From Octopus vulgaris (taxonomy: Eukaryota), in the NCBI GenBank assembly GCA_951406725.2, contig OX597815.1, forward strand, positions 43,772,001 to 43,836,000: DNA of 64,000 nucleotides, read 5' to 3'. How positions within the stretch are numbered: the first letter of the stretch is position 1; every line of letters starts with the position of its first letter. Made by a program: the position numbers and the translations under genes. The notes under the pieces were generated by a model, which saw only the letters and a program-made list of their open reading frames with translations, ran no database searches and had not been told where the DNA came from. Shown piece by piece: positions 28,140 to 38,992 of the stretch.

Positions 28140-28532
28140 AGTAAGTAGCTCGCTTACGAACCACATGGTTCCGGGTTCAGCCCCACTGCGTAGCACCATG
28201 GGCAAGTGTCTTTTACTATGAACTCGGGCCGGCCAAAGCCTTGTGAGTGGATTTGGTCGACGGAAACTGAAAGAAGCCCGTTGTATATATGTGTATATAT
28301 ACATATATATGTGTGTGTATGTGTGTATGTTTGTGTGTCTGTGCTTGTCCCCCCAACATCGCTTGACAACCGATGCTGGTGTGTTTACGTCCCTGTAACT
28401 TAGCGGTTCGGCAAAAGAGACCGATAGAATAAGTACTAGGCTTACAAAGAATAAGTCCTGGGGTCGATTTGCTCGACTAAAGGCGGTGCTCCAGCATGGC
28501 CGCAGTCGAATGACTGAAACAAGTAAAAGAGT
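28140..28532 (+). mobile_element. Family B SINE, slightly 5'-truncated
   Basis: Collinear with 53079-53475. Confidence 0.85.
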
Positions 28533-28838
28533 ATAATAATAATAATAATAATAATAATAAACAATCACGGTCTCGAACGGAAGCAAAAATACGGACCGCA
28601 GTAAAAGCACTGTGATAAGTAATAAAAATATATAGAAGTAAACATTATACGGAGACGAATAAAGATTATAATTTAACGTAAAATAATAGTGTAAAAGGAT
28701 ATTGTAGTACAAACTCTTACGCACCCACATAATTAACTAGATATTCATAAAACTATGAACTCAACAAATGAATGTGTATGCGTGTGTATATGTGTATGTA
28801 TATGTATGTGTGCGTACACACTCACACACGCATACGCA

Positions 28839-28882
<44 letters not shown>

Positions 28883-29010
28883 GAGATAAAACCACTATTA
28901 GGCAAATCACATTATAAAAATTTTATAATATAATATATTTATACTATAAAATTGGATTTAATCCTAAATCTGATTTTTCCCTCTAAGTTTGGATTTATTC
29001 CCTAATATTT

Positions 29011-29055
<45 letters not shown>

Positions 29056-29391
29056 TACAGTGCACTCTTAGTACCCTAATACTTACTGTATATATACATA
29101 TAAACAAACATATATACATGCATGTATGCTGCATGCATACATACATACATACATACATACATACATACATACATACATACATACATACATACATACATAC
29201 AATAATCATAAACAGGCGTTTAGAAAGCAGCATAGAAAAATGAAACATCGCTTTCGAAATTCAATTGGAAGATAAAAGAGAATCGTCTGAACTATTTCCT
29301 CAAACGCAGATTAATTTCTAGAGTTAAGTCCTACAGTAGTGACAAGAGACATTGTGGCATATTATTTAATAAAATTATTAGATTAGATTAT

Positions 29392-29895
29392 TCTTTTATT
29401 TGTTTCAGTCATTTGACTGCGGCCATGCTGGAGCACCGCCTTTAGTCGAAAAAATTGACCAGAGGAATTATTTTTGTAAGCCTAGTACTTATTCTATCGT
29501 TCACTTTTGCCGAACCGCTAAGTTACGGGACGTAAATACACCAACATCGGTTGTCAAGCGATAGTGGGGGACAAACACAGACACACAAACATATACACGC
29601 ACATACACACACACGACCACGTGTGTACCGTTGGCGATTTTTTCTTCTGTCTTCCCTTCTCTGGATCTTTCCTCCTATGTTTCCGACGAAGAGCTCCGCT
29701 CGAAACGTTAAACCCTCCTTCTTTCCTTCTTTCTTGAGCGTCCAATATTTGTTCCACGTCCTCGCGTTGTTGTGTTTTTTGTGCTTTCATGTTTGGATTA
29801 ACTATATATATATACGACGGGTTTCTTTCAGTTTTGGTTTGCCCGAGGCTATAGCAGAAGTCACTTGCCTAAGGTGCCACGCAGTGGGACTGAAT
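29392..29895 (-). mobile_element. Family B SINE carrying a ~185-bp insert (29615-29800) in its microsatellite
   Basis: SINE halves flank a pyrimidine-rich, HHR-bearing insert. Confidence 0.7.
29679..29713 (+). ncRNA. Minimal hammerhead-like motif (Penelope type, variant core)
   Basis: gttt CCGACGA a gagc tcc gctc GAAA cg TT aaac; stem III is reduced to the palindrome AACGTT. Confidence 0.55.
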
Positions 29896-30954
29896 TTCTT
29901 ACTGAGCAACCTGCACAAATGGTTTATATATAGTGATCAAATCTGTGTGCTGTACATTAGCGCTTCCCCACCTCAACAGGTGCATGGTGTACCATACGGC
30001 ACGTGTCGAAGTGGTCTTAGAGCGACGTGAGATGAAGTGTTTTGCTAAAGAACACAGCGCACCACCCGGCCCAAGAATTGAAACCACGATCTCATAATAA
30101 CCACTAGGCCTTACACCCTCACATATACTCATATACATACATAATACACACACACACATACATACATTTTCACACCTACTTACGTACTTAGTGCCCTCTA
30201 CCGTATATTTAATACAAGGAAGATGATAATTTCTTAATGCTTGGCGGTATAAGAAGCCGAAAATTGAGGTTAACGAATATGGAAAAGGTACATAGTATGA
30301 GCAATATATATATATATATATTTGTAAAAAATGAAGTTCGAAAATGCTGCTATATTATACAATTTTTAATTTTTATATATACATTATAACATGTTTCAGT
30401 TCCTGAAATGAACCTTATCAAAAAAAAGTTATATATAAAAAAAGACAGCTCATGCCGTCAAACACAAGAAATTCATTTATAATACACAACGGAGTCAGAC
30501 ATCTTAGAGTTCATGTATAGTTGATATATAGTTTGAAGTAAGTTCATTCATGCTATATGTTCAAAGTGTTCGATGCAGTGGCCCACATATATATATATAT
30601 ATTGCTCATACTATGTATATATACAGGCTATATATACATACTATACATATATATACATGCATATATGGGTACAGGACGTCACCAACAGTGCAAACAACAT
30701 GAAATAGGTGAGCAAACGAGTTAGATACGTATACAACGAGAAAAAATGGAAAACAGAATAAGTAAACACTGCGAAAGGACCCTTCATCAGTTGTCGGCTG
30801 TCTATCTACTCCTCATTTCGAGCATAAAATAACTTTCAAAGACAATAGTGAACCTTCCGTCTCAATAAACCACTATTGTCCCTGAAAATTGCTTTTTTAG
30901 ATTTACTACGGATTGCTTGAAGCTTACTTTCTTCCTACACCTCGATCCTTGGAT

Positions 30955-31005
<51 letters not shown>

Positions 31006-32216
31006 AATAATATATAAATATATGCATATATACATACATATATGTACATACCTACATATATATGTATATATACATGCATATAGGGGTACAGGACATCAAA
31101 AAGCGTTGCACACAATGAGAAACGAAAACAAAAACATAGAAACGAACTTATTTTTAAACAACGGAAAAAACAGAGAAACAAGACATACAACACAAGGAAT
31201 ATTCCCCTTCTTCAGTTGTCCCTGTTTTATCTATTCCGCGTTTTCGAAGGTAAGGACAAGACGCAACTTCGTTGAAGCAATCCTTCCCGCAAAGCAAGTT
31301 AAATAAAATTTGGGATTTTTTGCGGAGGGTGAAAGTGGTAACAAGAACAAGACAGTAAAAAGAAACGATGAGGGTTGTTAAGTCAAGACGATGGAAAGAT
31401 TATTCTGAACGTTTAAGGAGACAGCTTATGAAGAGACAGGCAAGCTGGTTTGGTCTTGGTGAAGATAGTAGTCGGAATGATGGCTACCCTCTGATCACGT
31501 GTCAGTGATGAGAGTCGAGGAGGAGGAGGAGGAGGAGGAGGAGGAGTAAAAGAGAGGGAACGGTGAAGGGGAGAAGAGAAGAATAGAGAAGGGTGGTGGG
31601 AGAGAAAACCAGAAAGGGTGAAGAACAAGAGAGGGAGAGAGATAGGCAGAGAAGATACTGAATGCTTTTGTTAATTGGTTTATTCGATCAAGGTTACTTT
31701 GACACTAAGGAAAATAAACAACGAATCAGTAAGCAAGAGCTTCTATAGTTGTTTGGAACTGCAAGAAATACCAAATCACACCTTAATATATTAACAAAAA
31801 AAAAACAGAGAACGTAACAACACATAACAGTATGTTTCTTAACACACCCAAATTGTTTTTTTAAAAGAAAAACAGAAGGCGCACAACTGAAATCCCTTTG
31901 ATCATAAGGCCGTTAGATAAGAGTTGAAATATAGGTTAAAAGGCTGCAATATTCTCTAACAAGGAACAGGATATTAATTACACGCATGTATGAACTGGCC
32001 TGTAGGCTGGATATCGTAATGCAGCCAGGTGATGCCAGATGATGCCAGGAAGTATCTGCCAACACTTTTCAACAGATTACGCACGCCCACAAAATCGTAC
32101 AATCAACAGCTGTGACATAAAATTGTATTGTGCTTATGTTTAGATAAATCGATATCAATGCATTCACTACGTTCATTAAATCCACGCATACATACACACG
32201 CAAATATATGTGTGTG

Positions 32217-32289
<73 letters not shown>

Positions 32290-32427
32290 TCGCGCGCGCA
32301 ACGGTGTATGTGTGTGTGTTTGTGTGTGTGCGCCCGCGTGCGTCGTTTTGAGTGTGTATGCGGTTCTAAGTTTGCATACATACGAACACACCATATACAC
32401 ATATATGTATGCTCACATATTCGTCTT

Positions 32428-32466
<39 letters not shown>

Positions 32467-32522
32467 CACACACACATACATACATACATATAGATAGATA
32501 AACAGATAGATAGATAGATACA

Positions 32523-32803
32523 TTGTTAAAATTATAAATAAGGGTATCTAAGAAGATACCACCATGCCTGAAATAGCAGTCAAAGCCTGACTCTAAAACT
32601 ACATCATGTATTCAATACAACGCAAGGCGAAAAGACAATTAGAAAAATAAACTAGTGAATCCAATTTTCACTAGTTTATTTATCTTTTAGTCTTTTCACC
32701 TTGTGCTGTATTGAATACATGATGTGGTTTTAGAGTCATGTTTTGACTGCTATTTCAAGCATGGTGGTATCTTCTTAGATACCCTTATTTATAATTTTAA
32801 TAA
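32523..32803. repeat. Long imperfect palindrome (arms ~135 bp)
   Basis: AAAATTATAAATAAGGGTATCTAAGAAGATAC...ACTAGTGAA, then a ~7-nt spacer, then TTCACTAGT...GTATCTTCTTAGATACCCTTATTTATAATTTT. Confidence 0.9.
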
Positions 32804-32886
32804 TAATTATAACCTATAAGGTGTTTTCTTCCCATGCTGTCACTTGATTTGATCGTTATTGGAATAACGATCTTATCCTTATCTGC

Positions 32887-33004
<118 letters not shown>

Positions 33005-33097
33005 GGGGGGGGGAGTTCACAACAAAAGAAAGACGAAGGCAGGTGCTGTAGAAAACAAACAGATGTATTAGTATAACGCTCGGGAATTAAAAAAAGT

Positions 33098-33133
33098 CTT
33101 TAACGTTTCGAGCCTACGCTCTTCCACAGAAAG
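33098..33133 (-). ncRNA. Minimal hammerhead-like motif (variant core CUGUGGA)
   Basis: Minus strand reads cttt CTGTGGA a gagc gtag gctc GAAA cg TT aaag; same family as 50687 and 23868. Confidence 0.5.
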
Positions 33134-33299
33134 GAACAGAAAGAAACAAGGAGAGAAAAAAATGTGTGTAGTGGCTAGCGATCTATCTTGGCGAATGTTG
33201 GACAGAAGGGTCACACAGGGGAGCTAAGAAGTAGGAGAGATAACAAAGTTGTAGTGATCCCAAAATAAAGGTGCGCATATATATCATCAGATGCTACGA

Positions 33300-33347
<48 letters not shown>

Positions 33348-33594
33348 GCATGCACATACGCTCACGCATACATTAACATGAGTATAAGTTTTTATTTCAC
33401 GAGTATAAATTTTATTTTAGTTTTATTTTGTTTTATGTAATTTTATGTAATTTTACTATTGAATTAAAAACAAAAGTAAAAATTTTAACGCATGCGTGCA
33501 CACACACACACACATATACACACATAATGAATATGTCTATATATTCTGAGTATTACAACGGATCGTAATGTAATCCTCGTATTGTCCTTTGTGC

Positions 33595-33694
33595 ACCCTG
33601 ATGATTTTCTATCCAAAGTATTTTAAAATGCAAAATTATATATTCATATGTTTTGTAGTTTTAATTTTGTTTGTCAAATGAAACGATTGTAGGT
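33595..33694 (+). ncRNA. Divergent hammerhead-like motif with extended stem II just upstream of the array
   Basis: acc CTGATGA [75-nt hairpin including TTAAAATGCAAAA/TTTTGTAGTTTTAA] GAAA cgattg TA ggt. The stem II closing pair is a U-U mismatch. Confidence 0.5.
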
Positions 33695-33783
33695 AAATAT
33701 GTTAATTAACTAATAAATAACTTTGTATCCATTAGATCACTCAGTTTTGAAACTTAATAATAATGATACTATTTGATTTCATC

Positions 33784-33879
33784 CAGATAGTCTTGGCTGA
33801 CGAGCTACAAATGGATTTTTTGTAAGTAAATATTACATTTAATTCATTAATAGCGAAACAATTGTCCCAAAATAATCTG
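33784..33879 (+). ncRNA. Type I hammerhead ribozyme, array copy 1
   Basis: cagat agtc ttgg CTGACGA gcta ... tagc GAAA caattg TC ccaa aata atctg; predicted cleavage after 33866. Confidence 0.85.
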
Positions 33880-34315
33880 TATTTTTGTTATTTTTTATTT
33901 GCCCTGTCCGTGTGAGCTAACAGTCGTACTGACTTTCATGGGAAACATGTATTTTCGTGGTTGAAACCTTTTGGATTAACTGGTGCTAGAGTGAGCAATA
34001 TAGTGACCACTCTCTTATATTTATTTTGTAAAAATATTATATGTTATAAAATATTATAATAATCCAGGTTTCTCGTAGCACTAGGCCACTTGGTGTTGAA
34101 TAAATATACTATTAAATTAGTATCTAATTCTCTCACCCTTATTAATTAATTATAATTATGCTGCATTTATTTCTAAATGCTGTATTTGTTTTCCGTGAAA
34201 GTTTGGCGCGCTGTTGGTTGGGGCATTTGAATTATAACGTCGGATGTAATCAATTGAACCACACGCGTATTTATCGTTATGGTAAAATCTGGCGTGTGAT
34301 TGAGTGGATTTCATC

Positions 34316-34411
34316 CAGATAGTCTTGGCTGACGAGCTACAAATGGATTTTTTGTAAGTAAATATTACATTTAATTCATTAATAGCGAAACAATTGTCCC
34401 AAAATAATCTG
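34316..34411 (+). ncRNA. Type I hammerhead ribozyme, array copy 2
   Basis: Same core and stems; predicted cleavage after 34398. Confidence 0.85.
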
Positions 34412-34850
34412 TATTTTTGTTATTTTTTATTTGCCCTGTCCGTGTGAGCTAACAGTCGTACTGACTTTCATGGGAAACATGTATTTTCGTGGTTGAAACC
34501 TTTTGGATTAACTGGTGCTAGAGTGAGCAATATAGTGACCACTCTCTTATATTTATTTTGTAAAAATATTATAATATGTTATAAAATATTATAATAATCC
34601 AGGTTTCTCGTAGCACTAGGCCACTTGGTGTTGAATAAATATACTATTAAATTAGTATCTAATTCTCTCACCCTTATTAATTAATTATAATTATGCTGCA
34701 TTTATTTCTAAATGCTGTATTTGTTTTCCGTGAAAGTTTGGCGCGCTGTTGGTTGGGGCATTTGAATTATAACGTCGGATGTAATCAATTGAACCACACG
34801 CGTATTTATCGTTATGGTAAAATCTGGCGTGTGATTGAGTGGATTTCATC

Positions 34851-34947
34851 CAGATAGTCTTGGCTGACGAGCTACAAATGGATTTTTTTGTAAGTAAATA
34901 TTACATTTAATTCATTAATAGCGAAACAATTGTCCCAAAATAATCTG
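34851..34947 (+). ncRNA. Type I hammerhead ribozyme, array copy 3
   Basis: Same core and stems; predicted cleavage after 34934. Confidence 0.85.
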
Positions 34948-35385
34948 TATTTTTGTTATTTTTTATTTGCCCTGTCCGTGTGAGCTAACAGTCGTACTGA
35001 CTTTCATGGGAAACATGTATTTTCGTGGTTGAAACCTTTTGGATTAACTGGTGCTAGAGTGAGCAATATAGTGACCACTCTCTTATATTTATTTTGTAAA
35101 AATATTATAATATGTTATAAAATATTATAATAATCCAGGTTTCTCGTAGCACTAGGCCACTTGGTGTTGAATAAATATACTATTAAATTAGTATCTAATT
35201 CTCTCACCCTTATTAATTAATTATAATTATGCTGCATTTATTTCTAAATGCTGTATTTGTTTTCCGTGAAAGTTTGGCGCGCTGTTGGTTGGGGCATTTG
35301 AATTATAACGTCGGATGTATCAATTGAACCACACGCGTATTTATCGTTATGGTAAAATCTGGCGTGTGATTGAGTGGATTTCATC

Positions 35386-35482
35386 CAGATAGTCTTGGCT
35401 GACGAGCTACAAATGGATTTTTTTGTAAGTAAATATTACATTTAATTCATTAATAGCGAAACAATTGTCCCAAAATAATCTG
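35386..35482 (+). ncRNA. Type I hammerhead ribozyme, array copy 4
   Basis: Same core and stems; predicted cleavage after 35469. Confidence 0.85.
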
Positions 35483-35921
35483 TATTTTTGTTATTTTTTA
35501 TTTGCCCTGTCCGTGTGAGCTAACAGTCGTACTGACTTTCATGGGAAACATGTATTTTCGTGGTTGAAACCTTTTGGATTAACTGGTGCTAGAGTGAGCA
35601 ATATAGTGACCACTCTCTTATATTTATTTTGTAAAAATATTATAATATGTTATAAAATATTATAATAATCCAGGTTTCTCGTAGCACTAGGCCACTTGGT
35701 GTTGAATAAATATACTATTAAATTAGTATCTAATTCTCTCACCCTTATTAATTAATTATAATTATGCTGCATTTATTTCTAAATGCTGTATTTGTTTTCC
35801 GTGAAAGTTTGGCGCGCTGTTGGTTGGGGCATTTGAATTATAACGTCGGATGTAATCAATTGAACCACACGCGTATTTATCGTTATGGTAAAATCTGGCG
35901 TGTGATTGAGTGGATTTCATC

Positions 35922-36019
35922 CAGATAGTCTTGGCTGACGAGCTACAAATGGATTTTTTTTGTAAGTAAATATTACATTTAATTCATTAATAGCGAAACA
36001 ATTGTCCCAAAATAATCTG
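35922..36019 (+). ncRNA. Type I hammerhead ribozyme, array copy 5
   Basis: Same core and stems; predicted cleavage after 36006. Confidence 0.85.
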
Positions 36020-36459
36020 TATTTTTGTTATTTTTTATTTGCCCTGTCCGTGTGAGCTAACAGTCGTACTGACTTTCATGGGAAACATGTATTTTCGTGG
36101 TTGAAACCTTTTGGATTAACTGGTGCTAGAGTGAGCAATATAGTGACCACTCTCTTATATTTATTTTGTAAAAATATTATAATATGTTATAAAATATTAT
36201 AATAATCCAGGTTTCTCGTAGCACTAGGCCACTTGGTGTTGAATAAATATACTATTAAATTAGTATCTAATTCTCTCACCCTTATTAATTAATTATAATT
36301 ATGCTGCATTTATTTCTAAATGCTGTATTTGTTTTCCGTGAAAGTTTGGCGCGCTGTTGGTTGGGGCATTTGAATTATAACGTTCGGATGTAATCAATTG
36401 AACCACACGCGTATTTATCGTTATGGTAAAATCTGGCGTGTGATTGAGTGGATTTCATC

Positions 36460-36555
36460 CAGATAGTCTTGGCTGACGAGCTACAAATGGATTTTTTGTA
36501 AGTAAATATTACATTTAATTCATTAATAGCGAAACAATTGTCCCAAAATAATCTG
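36460..36555 (+). ncRNA. Type I hammerhead ribozyme, array copy 6
   Basis: Same core and stems; predicted cleavage after 36542. Confidence 0.85.
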
Positions 36556-36950
36556 TATTTTTGTTATTTTTTATTTGCCCTGTCCGTGTGAGCTAACAGT
36601 CGTACTGACTTTCATGGGAAACATGTATTTTCGTGGTTGAAACCTTTTGGATTAACTGGTGCTAGAGTGAGCAATATAGTGACCACTCTCTTATATTTAT
36701 TTTGTAAAAATATTATAATATGTTATAAAATATTATAATAATCCAGGTTTCTCGTAGCACTAGGCCACTTGGTGTTGAATAAATATACTATTAAATTAGT
36801 ATCTAATTCTCTCACCCTTATTAATTAATTACATGTTATATAATATATTCATTGAAGAAATGTCTCTTCAAAATACTATATATTAAACCAGTGTATCTTG
36901 GATAAAAAATATCCCTATTCGAGGTCTAAATATCCTCATTGTGACTACAT

Positions 36951-37026
<76 letters not shown>

Positions 37027-37395
37027 TGCATTTATATACATATATATTACACCCAAATATATTTCTGCACACGTATGCACGTGTATCAGTACATACATAC
37101 ATACATACATACATACATGTTTCATGAAGGGTTGATTCAGCTGCTCATGACATATAGTTTCGTAGTTTCGTGGACGCATAGAACACATTCATCTCATCAG
37201 ATGCTAAGATTATATATATATAAATATTTTGAAGTTATGAGAGGTAATGGTGTGAATAAGACCCAAAGGTGTTAGGTAATGCTGAGTTAAGTGCTATGAA
37301 TTGACCATAGTTAAGCTCCAGGTCCGGTGATTATGCCAATAAGGAGTCCAACGTAGGTCATATATCAGTATGTGTATATATAATATTTTTTTTCA

Positions 37396-37485
37396 GAATG
37401 AGATGAAAAACTAAGGCTGTGAAGATTTTAGGACATTTATAAATGTTCTAAAATTTTCACAGCCTTGGTATTTTTTATCTCATTC
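37396..37485. repeat. 90-bp imperfect palindrome abutting the assembly gap
   Basis: GAATGAGAT..AAGGCTGTGAAGATTTTAGGACATTTA / TAAATGTTCTAAAATTTTCACAGCCTT..ATCTCATTC. Confidence 0.8.
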
Positions 37486-37585
37486 NNNNNNNNNNNNNNN
37501 NNNNNNNNNNNNNNNNNNNNNNNNNNNNNNNNNNNNNNNNNNNNNNNNNNNNNNNNNNNNNNNNNNNNNNNNNNNNNNNNNNNNN
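37486..37585. other. Assembly gap (100 N)
   Basis: Run of N; the true gap size is unknown. Confidence 1.
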
Positions 37586-37909
37586 GTAAATTCATGTAGT
37601 TCACATGTAAAGATATAAAGTGGATTGAATTTCCTCATTCAGTGAGTAATCAAGTTATAGAGGTTCTCATCATTTATTATAGACATGTAGTGTTAAAATT
37701 TAGAGCTTGAAAAATGTGCTATTATTTTTAAAGCTGTCGAGGAGTTTACTGAAAAAGATTTAGCTGGGATTTAAATTTATTTTTTAAATTTTTTATAGAG
37801 TTTAAAAACTTTATAGAACCTAATTCACTGGTTTAATAATATAATAGTTGATATAATACAAGTGATGTCATCAAAATGTTGCCTTATAATTTGTTTAAAC
37901 AGATGAAAC

Positions 37910-38142
37910 CAGTGGTTTTCAACTTGGGTCCACACTGACCTTTGGGGGTCCATACAAGATTTTGTTGTTAAAAAATATATGCAATAAATTGGTTATAATT
38001 CTGCAATACACAAAATATTTTAATAATTATTTTTATACAAATTCTTATACTATTTAATAATAATGATATTATATGATTTGAATGATTTGAGTAAAATGGG
38101 AACCAAAAGGGTTCATAGGTAAAATGTAGTTGAGAAACACTG
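37910..38142. mobile_element. hAT (Charlie-like) MITE
   Basis: TIRs CAGTGGTTTTCAAC / GTTGAGAAACACTG; 8-bp flanks gatgaaac / gattaaac. Confidence 0.7.
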
Positions 38143-38468
38143 GATTAAACCAAGGTTTAATCCCATTCTCCTTTCCCTCCAAAATGCTAAAAATAAACAT
38201 TAAGCCGAGATAAACAATGACAATAGATATTTTAATACAATTTAATCTATAAAAATATTTTAATCTGGAATAATTTTGTTATGTCAGAATCAATAATTCA
38301 ACTATGATTCATTTAATGAAAAATATTCAAGGAATGGCTGTCATAAGAAGTTTGCTTCCAAACCACATGGTCTTGGGTCCAGTCCCACAGCTTGGCACCT
38401 TGAGCAAGTGTCTTTCATTCTTAAAACCTCAGACTAACCAAAACCTTGTGAGTGGATTTGATAGCAGT

Positions 38469-38499
<31 letters not shown>

Positions 38500-38559
38500 G
38501 GTTCGCCAGCCCTCAGTCAAAATCGCCCAACCCGTGCTAGCAAACAATGATGATGATGA

Positions 38560-38603
<44 letters not shown>

Positions 38604-38604
38604 T

Positions 38605-38778
38605 CTTTACTCTTTTACTCTTTTACTTGTTTCAGTCATTTCACTGTGGCCATGCTGGAGCACCATCTTTAGTCAAGCAAATCGATCCCAGGACTTATTC
38701 TTTGGAAGCCTAGTACTTATTCTATTGGTCTCTTTTGTTGAACTGCTAAGTTATGGGGACATAAACACAGACATACAA

Positions 38779-38821
<43 letters not shown>

Positions 38822-38992
38822 CATATATACGACAGGCTTCTTTCAGTTTCCATCTACCAAATCCACTCACAAAGTTTTGGTTGGCCCAAGGCTAAGTAGA
38901 AGACATTTGTCCAAGGTGCCATGCAGTGGGTATCAACCTGGTAAGCATGTGGTGGGTAAGCAAGCTACTTACCACACAGCCACTCCTGTGCC
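38605..38992 (-). mobile_element. Family B SINE (further diverged copies at 40738-41468, 51080-51750, 52520-53015, 55648-55790, 56820-56945)
   Basis: Reverse complement of the family B consensus. Confidence 0.8.

Larger units (their letters stand above)
33775..36831 (+). repeat. Tandem array of ~535-bp units, ~5.7 copies, each with a hammerhead ribozyme (retrozyme or Penelope-like pLTR array)
   Basis: ATCCAGATAGTCTTGG recurs at 33781, 34313, 34848, 35383, 35919 and 36457. Copies differ only by 1-3-nt indels. No ORF of 60 aa or more is listed here. Confidence 0.95.

Noticed and set aside
34306-34325. Second, antisense ribozyme in the array unit (viroid-like ambisense design)
   Set aside because: The minus strand gives CTGGATGA rather than CUGANGA, with no properly placed GAAA or stem III.
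33775-36831. Array as a CRISPR locus, protein-coding repeat, or snoRNA/SECIS cluster
   Set aside because: No unique spacers or cas genes, no ORF, and no convincing C/D, H/ACA or SECIS arrangement by eye; the HHR explains the conserved motifs better.
37396-37485. Palindrome next to the gap as a functional hairpin
   Set aside because: It ends exactly at a contig edge, so its extent and reality cannot be judged.
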